This document shows positions 45,200 through 53,125 of a stretch of DNA of 64,000 nucleotides, in pieces. A model generated the notes under the pieces. It ran no database searches and was not told the origin of the DNA. It saw only the letters and a list, made by a program, of their open reading frames with translations. The stretch's first letter is position 1. The number at the start of each line of letters is the position of its first letter. The DNA comes from a virus. The DNA is taken from positions 21,269-85,268 of the IMG/VR virus record IMGVR_UViG_3300008267_000016; one strand, written 5' to 3'. A program made the translations under genes and the position numbers.

Positions 45200-45598
45200 T
45201 TACATGTTCCCAGGGCCTGTTTGTACAGACGGAGGAGGTAGGTAAGGAGCAGGTGACTCGAAGTTACCCGGACCCACTGTAGGCGCTGGCGGGGCAGCAA
45301 CATGTGCTGGGTCAGCTTGTTGAAACACAGCCGTTTCAGGCGCTGGTTGTTGTTCCTTTGGTGCCTCTGCCTCTGGTGTTTCCTTGGCTTCTTTCGAAGC
45401 GGTCGGGCCACCACCTTCGAGCTGCTGTAGCCACTCAGATTTTGCCGCCTGCTGTGGGTCAGCTTCGAGTTTCCCTGGTTTGTCTTTAGATGCGCCGGGT
45501 ATCAAAGCTGATACAACCATACCCCCTAAACTTATGCAGATTGAAGCCACGAGGAAGGCGCCAACACCTGCAGCCACTAAAGCTATCTTGCGAAACAT
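45200..45598 (-). CDS. Membrane-anchored Pro-rich protein
   Basis: N-terminal transmembrane segment; GPGN repeats. Confidence 0.6.
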   Translation of the reverse strand: MFRKIALVAAGVGAFLVASICISLGGMVVSALIPGASKDKPGKLEADPQQAAKSEWLQQLEGGGPTASKEAKETPEAEAPKEQQPAPETAVFQQADPAHVAAPPAPTVGPGNFESPAPYLPPPSVQTGPGNM

Positions 45599-45608
45599 GA
45601 TTGTTCAG

Positions 45609-45998
45609 TTAGTTGACGGCTTCGCTACCCCAGCGATTCAAGACTGCACGGAGTCCAGCTGCTTGAGCATCAGGACCATTACGATCCTTACAGGAGTAGT
45701 AACCCTCTAAATAAACTTCTTGAAGTTCCCTATCTGTCGGCCGCTTGTCTGAGCCTCGCGGTTTAGGACGACGAGCCTCACGCAGTTTTTTCACAAGGAT
45801 TCTTCGTTGAAACTTAGTACCACAGCAGGGATCAACTTCAACTAAAGCACAACACGCTTCTAGCTCCGTATCTGCACCCCACTGAGCAGCTTCGTTAGCT
45901 ACATCAATTACCCACTGATTTGGGGGTAGAGCTTTAGCCCCTAGAAACCATCGCTGTACCAATGCTTGTGATGGGGTGACTGGATGTTCTTGAGTCAT
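45609..45998 (-). CDS. Modular small protein MTQEHPVTP...WGADTELEACC + PTDREL...AVLNRWG
   Basis: Chimera of modules found at 25633 and 24446. Confidence 0.7.
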   Translation of the reverse strand: MTQEHPVTPSQALVQRWFLGAKALPPNQWVIDVANEAAQWGADTELEACCALVEVDPCCGTKFQRRILVKKLREARRPKPRGSDKRPTDRELQEVYLEGYYSCKDRNGPDAQAAGLRAVLNRWGSEAVN

Positions 45999-46023
45999 TT
46001 TTAAATTAAATACTGTTTTGAAA

Positions 46024-46302
46024 CTATCTGCATAGATAGTCAGAGCGCATCCAACCCACGAGTCCGTTGTACTCAACTTTCCACCAGCGCAGTTTGTCTC
46101 CACCCCACACCCAAGTCAGTGCACGGAGATAACTTTCATTCGGGATCGAAGCAACAACAGTTGCTCGTGTTGATGGTTGTGTCCGTAGATTTACTGAGCT
46201 GTTGTAGTCACGAGTGCAAGTCATCGCCCACTGAGCTTTAGCCGGCGTGGCGATGAGAAACGAAGCGAAAGAAGAAAGGAGTAAGGAAGTAAGGAGTTTC
46301 AT
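46024..46302 (-). CDS. Exported SH3b-domain protein
   Basis: Signal peptide AKA; VNLR.QPS, WWKVEY.GLVGWMRSDYL. Confidence 0.8.
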   Translation of the reverse strand: MKLLTSLLLSSFASFLIATPAKAQWAMTCTRDYNSSVNLRTQPSTRATVVASIPNESYLRALTWVWGGDKLRWWKVEYNGLVGWMRSDYLCR

Positions 46303-46304
46303 GG

Positions 46305-46559
46305 TTAGTTGAGGGACTGAGGGATTACATCTTCGAGAGGAACTAGAAGCTTAATTGTCCAGGCCCTGAAGTTGTTACTAGTGCGGTCGATTTCTACAAG
46401 TTTCCGTTCTTCTAATGAAGCAACAGCTTTTAGAAAGACGTTTTGCCTACTTGCTGTGACTTTGCCGAGGTAGCAAGGTTCGTCGGGATAACGGTGTTCG
46501 TGTTGTGCTACCAAACGTATGAGGTTACGTTGGTTAGTTCGCAGGTTAGGCAGAGGCAT
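46305..46559 (-). CDS. Hypothetical protein (possible winged helix)
   Basis: AVASLEERKLVEI. Confidence 0.5.
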   Translation of the reverse strand: MPLPNLRTNQRNLIRLVAQHEHRYPDEPCYLGKVTASRQNVFLKAVASLEERKLVEIDRTSNNFRAWTIKLLVPLEDVIPQSLN

Positions 46560-46924
46560 TAGTGCATTGGAACGCGGCTAACAGTGTAATCCTGCTTGTC
46601 CACCATGGGGATGACTTCGTTCTGTGTAGTCAGAAACCACTCGAAATTAGTTTGTGACACACAAGCACCGCAGAACTCACGCAAGATAACGTGCAGGCGA
46701 GACTTAGTTGTGTTTGTTCGCCACCCACAGTTGTTGACTGTTACATCGTCGGGAGTCACCGTGGCGATGAGGTTGTTGTGCAGGTAGACATTGCAGCGGT
46801 CGATGATGCGATCTTCAGAATCCACAGGATGTGGGAAGTGAATACACTCAACGCGAGTGTTATCCAAGCTGAAGTTCTTGCGCTCGATGATTGCGCTGAG
46901 CATCTTCTTTTCGATGGTTCTCAT
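46559..46924 (-). CDS. Conserved early phage protein
   Basis: MR.IEK.M..AI, VYLH.N.IA, GWRT.TTKSRL motif. Confidence 0.75.
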   Translation of the reverse strand: MRTIEKKMLSAIIERKNFSLDNTRVECIHFPHPVDSEDRIIDRCNVYLHNNLIATVTPDDVTVNNCGWRTNTTKSRLHVILREFCGACVSQTNFEWFLTTQNEVIPMVDKQDYTVSRVPMH

Positions 46925-47292
46925 GATTCAGTGTTGTAATGGTTGACTACAGCTTCGAACGAATCAGGCGAAGCGATTGGTTTGAACCGACGAACTTGGT
47001 TTAGCCACTGATCTTTGTGTACCCAGGATTTTGCATCAGGCTCTGAGCCGGGTAGTTCATCTTTGAACGTGAGATCCCACGCTTTAGCTAGTTTGATTGC
47101 TTCGTTCATGGGACCGTTATACCTGCCGGCCGTCATTCCTGACTCAATGTGAGTGATTGTCCAGGTGCATTTCTCTTTGCTGAGTTTGCCACCGAAACCG
47201 ACAACTGGGCGGTGGACAGCCAAGGCTTCTCCCATCCACTTAGTAGGGATCTTGAAAGCGCCTTCGTTCGTGTTAATCGTCACCATCTTCAT
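46921..47292 (-). CDS. Hypothetical early protein
   Basis: LAVHRP..WTITHI.SG. Confidence 0.6.
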   Translation of the reverse strand: MKMVTINTNEGAFKIPTKWMGEALAVHRPVVGFGGKLSKEKCTWTITHIESGMTAGRYNGPMNEAIKLAKAWDLTFKDELPGSEPDAKSWVHKDQWLNQVRRFKPIASPDSFEAVVNHYNTES

Positions 47293-47476
47293 GGTCTGCA
47301 ATGGATTGTTTAAGCTGGTCGATTGCCTGCATCAGGCGATGGGCACGCGCTGAAGTTATGCAGTCTTCGAGTGAAGATTCCAATTCATTCAGTGCATGGC
47401 GTGCATCTTCAATAGTTAGGAAAGTGTCGACGGCGTACGGTGCGCCATACTCATCATCAACGACAATTTGAATCAT
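47273..47476 (-). CDS. Hypothetical early protein
   Basis: Coupled ORF MIQIVVDDEYG... Confidence 0.55.
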   Translation of the reverse strand: MIQIVVDDEYGAPYAVDTFLTIEDARHALNELESSLEDCITSARAHRLMQAIDQLKQSIADHEDGDD

Positions 47477-47700
47477 CAGATCATCCCGTGAGAGTCGATG
47501 TGGGCTTGAATCATGTCGTCTGTAGGTTCCCAACCTTCGAGATACTCAAGGGCAGGGATGATGTTGTCCTCGATCTGCTCGATTACATCTGCGGGAATCG
47601 TGTCATCGTGCCGCACGATTTGCTTGAAGCGAGCGAGAGAGTGATACGCGAGAGAGTGCCAGCTCAAGTTGTAAAGATCGTAAGGAATGTGATTTGTCAT
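47476..47700 (-). CDS. Hypothetical early protein
   Basis: Follows promoter at 47750; ends WEPTDD. Confidence 0.6.
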   Translation of the reverse strand: MTNHIPYDLYNLSWHSLAYHSLARFKQIVRHDDTIPADVIEQIEDNIIPALEYLEGWEPTDDMIQAHIDSHGMI

Positions 47701-47749
47701 GATCAAAAATGATGACCGTAGAAGATGTGATGCAGCGAGAGGCCGCCAC

Positions 47750-47777
47750 ACTATACCATGCCTGTCGGAACAGTCAA
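47750..47777 (-). promoter_or_regulatory. Sigma70-type early promoter
   Basis: TTGACT-N16-TATAGT with extended TG. Confidence 0.75.
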
Positions 47778-47786
47778 GGCACTGTG

Positions 47787-48104
47787 CTAGTAGTGGATGG
47801 ATACTGTTGCGATACCATCAATCGGTACACCTAGGCGATAGGCTGCGCCAGCTGACAAGTCGATCGAGTTACACTCGCAGCGATCTGTGATTGGTACAGT
47901 CAGGGTTCGCCCCTTGTGCTGAACGCGAACCTTTGTGCCGCAAGGTAACCAAGGGTGAGCAGCTGAAATACCCCAGTGCTGGTAAGTTTGACCGCAGTAA
48001 GTTTCTCTCGCGTGATACCACTCGTGGTAAACAGTTGCAGTAACTGGGCGAGCACTAACTGGGTTGATGAACATCATAGGGAACAACAAAAGCAATCGTT
48101 TCAT
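47787..48104 (-). CDS. Exported RlpA-like double-psi beta-barrel protein
   Basis: Signal peptide; ATVY, SAAHPWLPCGTKVRV, ITDR, IDLS.GAA..LG. Confidence 0.85.
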   Translation of the reverse strand: MKRLLLLFPMMFINPVSARPVTATVYHEWYHARETYCGQTYQHWGISAAHPWLPCGTKVRVQHKGRTLTVPITDRCECNSIDLSAGAAYRLGVPIDGIATVSIHY

Positions 48105-48147
48105 GTGATGTTGAAGTGATTGTGTGAGTTGGCCCCGCTTCAGCGGG
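48105..48147 (-). repeat. Intergenic hairpin plus A/C-rich leader repeat, copy 1
   Basis: CCCGC-TGAA-GCGGG GCCAACTCACACAATCACTTCAAC before ATG. Confidence 0.85.
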
Positions 48148-48544
48148 CATTAAGGATCGCTTCGATGTCGATTAGTTTGTTGCTGTTGTCGTAGTAAGTG
48201 CAATCAGCTGAGATACCTGCCCGACTATCGTATGAAGTCCACACGATCTTCATGAACTTGCTGGTCATTAGGCAAGCGTAGTGATCAGTGATGAAGTCAA
48301 AGATCTCGTTGTCGCTGTTGATTTCCTCCGTGTCCATTGTCACTGTGAGCTTGTCGCCGACAAGTTCTACATAGTTTGAGACTTGATCAGCAAACTCTTC
48401 GAAGGAAGCACAATCCTGCAGAGCTTCGGGGATCTCGTCTTCGTGGTTAGTCAAGTAGTCATAAAGATTAGAGCAGAGATCATTAACGTCGAGCACGTTG
48501 TTAATGCTGCAGGTAGCGATTGCGCAGTGTTGTGTGAAAGACAT
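48140..48544 (-). CDS. Acidic hypothetical early protein
   Basis: ORF bounded by repeat copies. Confidence 0.7.
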   Translation of the reverse strand: MSFTQHCAIATCSINNVLDVNDLCSNLYDYLTNHEDEIPEALQDCASFEEFADQVSNYVELVGDKLTVTMDTEEINSDNEIFDFITDHYACLMTSKFMKIVWTSYDSRAGISADCTYYDNSNKLIDIEAILNAR

Positions 48545-48588
48545 TGTGTTGTTGAAGTGATTGTGTGAGTTGGCCCCGCGTTAGCGGG
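48545..48588 (-). repeat. Intergenic repeat, copy 2
   Basis: 29 nt identical to copy 1; hairpin loop TAAC. Confidence 0.85.
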
Positions 48589-48804
48589 TTAGGTTAGGTA
48601 GTCGCTGTCTAGATTGTCTTGCTCAAGCTTTAGCTCAATCGCTTCTTGATAAGACTCAACGACATTCATAAGATCCTGCAGACGTTGGTGCATACGAGCG
48701 TGGAGATACTCGTGATTAATTACAAGTTGCTCAGCATCGTGCAGTAGTGTCCACAGATCTATTGCTCTAGTTTGTTCACGGACTAGGTTGGCTGATTGTT
48801 TCAT
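48589..48804 (-). CDS. Hypothetical early protein
   Basis: ORF. Confidence 0.55.
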   Translation of the reverse strand: MKQSANLVREQTRAIDLWTLLHDAEQLVINHEYLHARMHQRLQDLMNVVESYQEAIELKLEQDNLDSDYLT

Positions 48805-48967
48805 TGTCTGGGTAGATAAGTTTCTGCTGTTTGAGCAAGATCATGTGATCAAGCGCGTCACCTAAAGTCGACCGAATGTACTCATCTTTAAGTGCTGCAA
48901 ACTCATAAGCTTCGTAGATAGCTGTGTAGAGTTTGTCAAACTGTGTCTGTGTCACGATTCCCTCCAT
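48776..48967 (-). CDS. Hypothetical early protein
   Basis: ORF. Confidence 0.5.
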   Translation of the reverse strand: MEGIVTQTQFDKLYTAIYEAYEFAALKDEYIRSTLGDALDHMILLKQQKLIYPDNETISQPSP

Positions 48968-49119
48968 GCTTTACAGCAACGTGAACTGATGTAATAGTCG
49001 GCTGAGTAATCACAGATTTGATACTCATGCAGCGTGGCTTTAGCCTCTTTGTGAGACTCGAACTCGTCAACAGTTTCTAGGTAGTTGTGGTTGATTGAAC
49101 GGCGTTGGATGTAGTACAT
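48952..49119 (-). CDS. Small early protein (MYYIQRR...LETVDEFE..KEA...EY...YYISSRCCKAW)
   Basis: Read manually; recognisable phage motif. Confidence 0.65.
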   Translation of the reverse strand: MYYIQRRSINHNYLETVDEFESHKEAKATLHEYQICDYSADYYISSRCCKAWRES

Positions 49120-49121
49120 AG

Positions 49122-49403
49122 TCAGGCGAAGGTAAGTTCTTCGTAGGGACGGAAGTAGCGATCCTGTAGATACTCAATGTCTTCGTGAGTTAGTGACTTC
49201 GATGCACTGTGAAACACATTCACACAACGCTTGCAATGTAGAAACGTGTCGCTGTATTCTTGCGGCCACTGTTCGTTGTTAGCTTGAACGTGAACCTCTG
49301 TGGTGTTAGCTAAGCGAGCAACGTGGACATTAACGCACCTACCTGACGGTAGTTGTACGTATTCTGTGCAGCCACGATGAAGATTAAAGACGGAAAGTTT
49401 CAT
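49122..49403 (-). CDS. Hypothetical early protein
   Basis: Preceded by repeat copy 3. Confidence 0.6.
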   Translation of the reverse strand: MKLSVFNLHRGCTEYVQLPSGRCVNVHVARLANTTEVHVQANNEQWPQEYSDTFLHCKRCVNVFHSASKSLTHEDIEYLQDRYFRPYEELTFA

Positions 49404-49445
49404 GGTGATGTTGTTGGTATTGTGTGAGTTGGCCCGCGTTAGCGG
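49404..49445 (-). repeat. Intergenic repeat, copy 3
   Basis: CCGC-TAAC-GCGG GCCAACTCACACAAT. Confidence 0.8.
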
Positions 49446-49663
49446 TTAGGTTCTACTTCGCCGAACATTTGATCAAACAGAGAAGGCTCGGATTCATACT
49501 TAATCTGCTCACGAACGTTGCGCAGTTCGGATAACAAAGCATCATGCTTGAGCTTCATCTTGTGTAGTTCATTCCAGCTAGCTAGAACATCACGCTGGAG
49601 GGTGAATTGCTTGTTGATGAGATCGTCCATGATGATGTAAGTGTCGTCGATGTTGTTAGTCAT
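49439..49663 (-). CDS. Hypothetical early protein
   Basis: ORF ending LFDQMFG. Confidence 0.6.
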   Translation of the reverse strand: MTNNIDDTYIIMDDLINKQFTLQRDVLASWNELHKMKLKHDALLSELRNVREQIKYESEPSLFDQMFGEVEPNR

Positions 49664-49974
49664 GACCAGAAGTTACCTAAACGAAACTCAGAAACGAAGC
49701 TGTGGGCGATAGATTCTGCAGCCACAAGGCGCTCAGGTTTGGGAAACATAGCGTTCCACGATGTAGCCATAGAGCCGTAGCAGAGTTTGTAATCTTTAGC
49801 AGCTGGCACAAGTAAATAACGCTCGATGTAAGCAATAGCCCGGTCGAGACTAAACGTACCTTGCTTGTAGAACTTAGATAGAGTCTTGCCCACTGTGTTG
49901 TAGTGAGCAGATGAGAAGTTGACTGCGTACACTTCTAGTTCGCGTGCAGCAACTGTGTCGATTGTGTGAGCCAT
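49660..49974 (-). CDS. Conserved early phage protein
   Basis: ARELE.YA.N, G.F....A, AAK.Y...YG, F...ER. Confidence 0.7.
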   Translation of the reverse strand: MAHTIDTVAARELEVYAVNFSSAHYNTVGKTLSKFYKQGTFSLDRAIAYIERYLLVPAAKDYKLCYGSMATSWNAMFPKPERLVAAESIAHSFVSEFRLGNFWS

Positions 49975-49977
49975 TTG

Positions 49978-50139
49978 TCAGACTTGCAGGGCGAATGTTT
50001 GGAAAGCTTCTAGGAGGTTGTAAAACTCGTCTCGCTCGATAGGATCAATCTCGCCAGACTGTGCGAGTTGATTAAGCGCAGCGAGAGTGAACTCAACCTC
50101 ACGACGACTAACGAAGTTAAAGTGCGGGATCGGTTGCAT
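49978..50139 (-). CDS. Small early protein (MQPIPHFNFVSRRE...)
   Basis: Read manually; fills the gap. Confidence 0.5.
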   Translation of the reverse strand: MQPIPHFNFVSRREVEFTLAALNQLAQSGEIDPIERDEFYNLLEAFQTFALQV

Positions 50140-50141
50140 GA

Positions 50142-50540
50142 TCAATCAATGTCGCTAACAAGTTCATCACCTGAGAGGGTGAATGGGTCGCCGTTGATGT
50201 AGTCAACGCAGTTAAATGACGGGCACGCAGACCACGTTTCAGTTTGCATAAAGTGATCAAGTGCAAACTGTGTGAACATCTTAGCGCCAGAGTTTCTGTA
50301 GAACTGACCGAGACAATAGTGCATTGTCTGTGTCTCAAACTGTGGATTAACAGTTATAACCTCAGCGAACAATAGGCCAAGAGTCCTACCCTCACCAATA
50401 CGGAATGACACAGTGAACTTATAGTTATCGTCTGTGTAGAAACTAACATCCTGAGTGTAGATTCCACCGATCTCAGGCTCACCATCCCACTGCCAATAAG
50501 CACTCCATTCGAGTTTGGATTGTGTGAATGTGGTTGTCAT
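50142..50540 (-). CDS. Hypothetical early protein
   Basis: ORF. Confidence 0.6.
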   Translation of the reverse strand: MTTTFTQSKLEWSAYWQWDGEPEIGGIYTQDVSFYTDDNYKFTVSFRIGEGRTLGLLFAEVITVNPQFETQTMHYCLGQFYRNSGAKMFTQFALDHFMQTETWSACPSFNCVDYINGDPFTLSGDELVSDID

Positions 50541-50571
50541 GATCAGATTGCAATGGTGTTAGTTACAGTTA

Positions 50572-50877
50572 TCAGGAAGAATAACGGCCGACGATGACAT
50601 CGTTGCCGCACAACTTAACTAGCGTTCCTGTGAAATAGGAATCGTTAGCGATACCGTGCCAACCCTTAAACGGACCGTCAGGGTTAGTGTTAGTCAGGAA
50701 CTCGCAGAGGTTGTAATACCAACCGCGATAGCGAAAGAATGAACAATCGCGGTCGAACTCTTCATCGCTCATCCAATCAAATTGGTGGCGCAGTTTGGCA
50801 CGCTGAGACTGCGAAAGTTCGCAGGGGTTGAACAACGGGCGTGGTTGATTGTTGGTCTTAATTGTCAGTTCAGTCAT
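50572..50877 (-). CDS. Conserved early phage protein (first gene of early transcript)
   Basis: IKTNNQPR.L, FFRYRG..Y.L.EF, W.G...DSYF.G.LV..VIVG. Confidence 0.75.
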   Translation of the reverse strand: MTELTIKTNNQPRPLFNPCELSQSQRAKLRHQFDWMSDEEFDRDCSFFRYRGWYYNLCEFLTNTNPDGPFKGWHGIANDSYFTGTLVKLCGNDVIVGRYSS

Positions 50878-50879
50878 GT

Positions 50880-51750
50880 AAATACACCTGTGAAACTGTT
50901 GTAAACGGTGAGGGTAGAGGCCCTCAGTGTGCATCGTAACACACAGTGAGAGCGTCACACACACAAACGCAGAAACGAAACTTTGCACCATGATCAAATG
51001 TGATCACGAATACAAAGAAATCCACCCCTAAGTAGAGCCCGGTAGGTAATACCAGGCCCCACTAAAGAGTGATTCCGGGAAACTGACCCCAAATTAAAGT
51101 CAGTTATGGCGCACATTATGCGCACAAAAGCTATTAAATTGTGCCAAACCTGCAAAATTAAAAGCTTGCGGGCATGGCTGCAGAGACGATGACCGTAGAA
51201 AGAACTCCTATGGGCTCTGTCCAGCGTACCTGTGTGAGGGACAGATACTCTGGACACAGCATCCCTGCGGTTGAGAAAGTTAAATTGTGCCCGAGCTGGG
51301 TAGGACGGGCTATTGCGTCAGGCCACACCAGATCTATAAAGGTCGCAACGATACATGTAGCCGGGAATCTGATTCTCACTGGGCTACTGCGTTAGTCACA
51401 AGCTCGCAAGTCTGGGGACTTAACTAACGACAACCTGCCAAAGTTAAATACTTTGAGCATGGGACCAAGGGCCTCTCGGGCAAGCCACTAGCTTCAAGCC
51501 TCCCTTAACGTGACTCGCAGGCCATCGTCGGGTGAGCGGAAGATTCTAGTGGGGGCAAGGGGCTTAGGCTCGCGAGAGCTTGTGGGCACACCCCGCCTCT
51601 GACTACTAGCATCTGAGGGTATCGGTCCCCGCCCGCCTAACTGCCAGCCACTACTACCAGGTGCGATCCCTTATGGGTCTGCTCTCACCCTGGTGGGCGT
51701 CAGTCTTGACGGTCGGTTGTCCTATGTCGTCGACCCTTTCGGGCCGTTGC
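50880..51750 (-). ncRNA. Candidate large structured non-coding leader RNA
   Basis: No credible CDS; many helices, long-range pairing and a possible pseudoknot. Confidence 0.5.
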
Positions 51751-51754
51751 TGGA

Positions 51755-51783
51755 ATCCTACAGCATGGTGCGGAGCTTGTCGG
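51755..51783 (-). promoter_or_regulatory. Early promoter P2
   Basis: CCGACA-N17-TAGGAT followed by a GAAA-tetraloop hairpin. Confidence 0.55.
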
Positions 51784-51892
51784 AACGATCGAGTGACGGT
51801 TTGGCGATCGGCACAAGGGGGAACGCATAGGTTCACAGGCCTTGGCTGATCAACCGCCGGATCGCGCCGGGGCTGGCGTGGTGCTGATCGGA

Positions 51893-51966
51893 TTGTCCAG
51901 ATTCTGCCGATCGGGCTCTCGCCCTTCGACCCCTTAATGAGATCACACCACGGCGCACTAGGTCAA
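51893..51966 (-). promoter_or_regulatory. Early promoter P1 with boxB-like hairpin and boxA-like antitermination signal
   Basis: TTGACC -35 (weak -10); GGGC-GAGA-GCCC hairpin; GAATCTGGACAA. Confidence 0.55.
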
Positions 51967-52281
51967 CCCCTTGCAACCGGATTGCGGATTGGCACACTGT
52001 GTGCGCTCAGTGCGCAGGAGATGGAACCGCGCCCGCACATGCGCGCGAGGGTAGCACACGACGGGCAGATCTTAATAAGAATAAACGACAACCCCCTGAT
52101 GACCGTAGAAAGAATTAAACAGTGCTGTGTATAAACAATAAACAATAGGTGAGTTACAACAACGGCAGTGTTATACTGTACCATCATGGCATCATGCTGC
52201 CCGCAATTTCCGCTCTTTTTTTTAAATAGAGAGCTTACGCGACGACGCGGGCGAGATACCTCTGGTCTTCGGCGGGGTAAA

Positions 52282-52312
52282 TTGACCCCAAAAGGTCCAT
52301 TGTCAGTATAGT
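52282..52312 (+). promoter_or_regulatory. Promoter of tRNA(CAT)
   Basis: TTGACC ... TATAGT ending 9 nt upstream of the tRNA (spacer long, 19 nt). Confidence 0.5.
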
Positions 52313-52321
52313 GGCACGGCT

Positions 52322-52394
52322 GGGGGTCTAGCTATCTGGTGAAAGCGGTCGACTCATAATCGATTTCAGGCGAGTTCGATCCTCGCGATCCCCA
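52322..52394 (+). tRNA. tRNA with CAT anticodon (elongator Met or lysidine Ile2)
   Basis: GGGGGTC/GATCCCC acceptor, D-loop GG, GTCGA-CTCATAA-TCGAT, GCGAG-TTCGATC-CTCGC; paired 1-72, so not an initiator. Confidence 0.9.
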
Positions 52395-52476
52395 TCAAAA
52401 AAATTTTCGGCGCCACGTGGTCGTGGTTTAAACCTTTTAAAGGCACCTAAGCTGGTAGAAAGGTTCGTGCAATCGA

Positions 52477-52794
52477 ATGCTTTCCACGGAAGTGCGTCAG
52501 AAAGTTGAATTTATTTGCCAACGGATAGCAAAGGGAGAAGAAGTTCAGTTCAAAGATATGGAATGGATACAGAAATGGGCTAAATCAAACCATTCTGTAG
52601 ATGCTATGCTCCGTAAAGCACGTCGTGAAGGCATTCACGGTGCTTTTCAGGACGGAACTTTGGATGATTTCATGCAAAAAATGGATTTAGGGGATCCTGA
52701 CCCGGCTTCTCACCTCAACGGAGCCCAAGATCCCGTCACTTTGGCTGAGTGGTTCTCTGAAAAACGAAAATGGTTTAGAGGTACGGCTGAGTAG
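52477..52794 (+). CDS. Conserved cyanophage hypothetical protein
   Basis: MLST..R...EFIC.RIA.GEEV...DM.W..K; DF...MDLGDPDP..H. Confidence 0.75.
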   Translation: MLSTEVRQKVEFICQRIAKGEEVQFKDMEWIQKWAKSNHSVDAMLRKARREGIHGAFQDGTLDDFMQKMDLGDPDPASHLNGAQDPVTLAEWFSEKRKWFRGTAE

Positions 52795-52993
52795 TACCGT
52801 TTTGGTTTTTCTCGAGTTCCAATATCATATCTTTTACATAAGCCACATATTGTCTTAGATAATGCGCTGCTACTAGGTGCTTATAGCTGTTTGTTTTTAA
52901 ATAATGGTCGTTATGTCGATCTATAGCATCCAGTGATGCTTTAATCATTCCGTTCCAAGGCTCACGAACAGGCGTGTTCCACTCCCTTGCCAC
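52775..52993 (-). CDS. Conserved cyanophage hypothetical protein
   Basis: REWNTP.REPWN..I...L.AID.H. Confidence 0.7.
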   Translation of the reverse strand: MAREWNTPVREPWNGMIKASLDAIDRHNDHYLKTNSYKHLVAAHYLRQYVAYVKDMILELEKNQNGTTQPYL

Positions 52994-53077
52994 GGGAGGA
53001 ATGCAGAGTACCTGTAAATTCTACGACTGAAGTCTGGGTTTAACAGTTTAATATGTGTTTTGTATAGCAGTAATACA

Positions 53078-53104
53078 GTATCAATCGCTACCAATTCCTA
53101 CAAT
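53078..53104 (+). promoter_or_regulatory. NtcA box plus -10 element
   Basis: GTATCAATCGCTAC (GTA-N8-TAC) at 53078-53091; TACAAT at 53099-53104. Confidence 0.65.
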
Positions 53105-53125
53105 GTAGGAAGTTACAGGCTACCC

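Noticed and set aside
48545-49450. Integron attC-like sites (ACCTAAC at gene ends)
   Set aside because: No matching downstream GTTRRRY, copy 1 lacks the motif, and no integrase is in the window
50994-52187. Short ORFs on both strands of the control region
   Set aside because: No family motifs, poor starts, mutually overlapping; better explained as non-coding
53015-53040. Glutamine riboswitch upstream of the DUF4278 gene (CGACTGAAG)
   Set aside because: CGTT/AACG P1 strands are absent and the motif lies upstream of the predicted promoter
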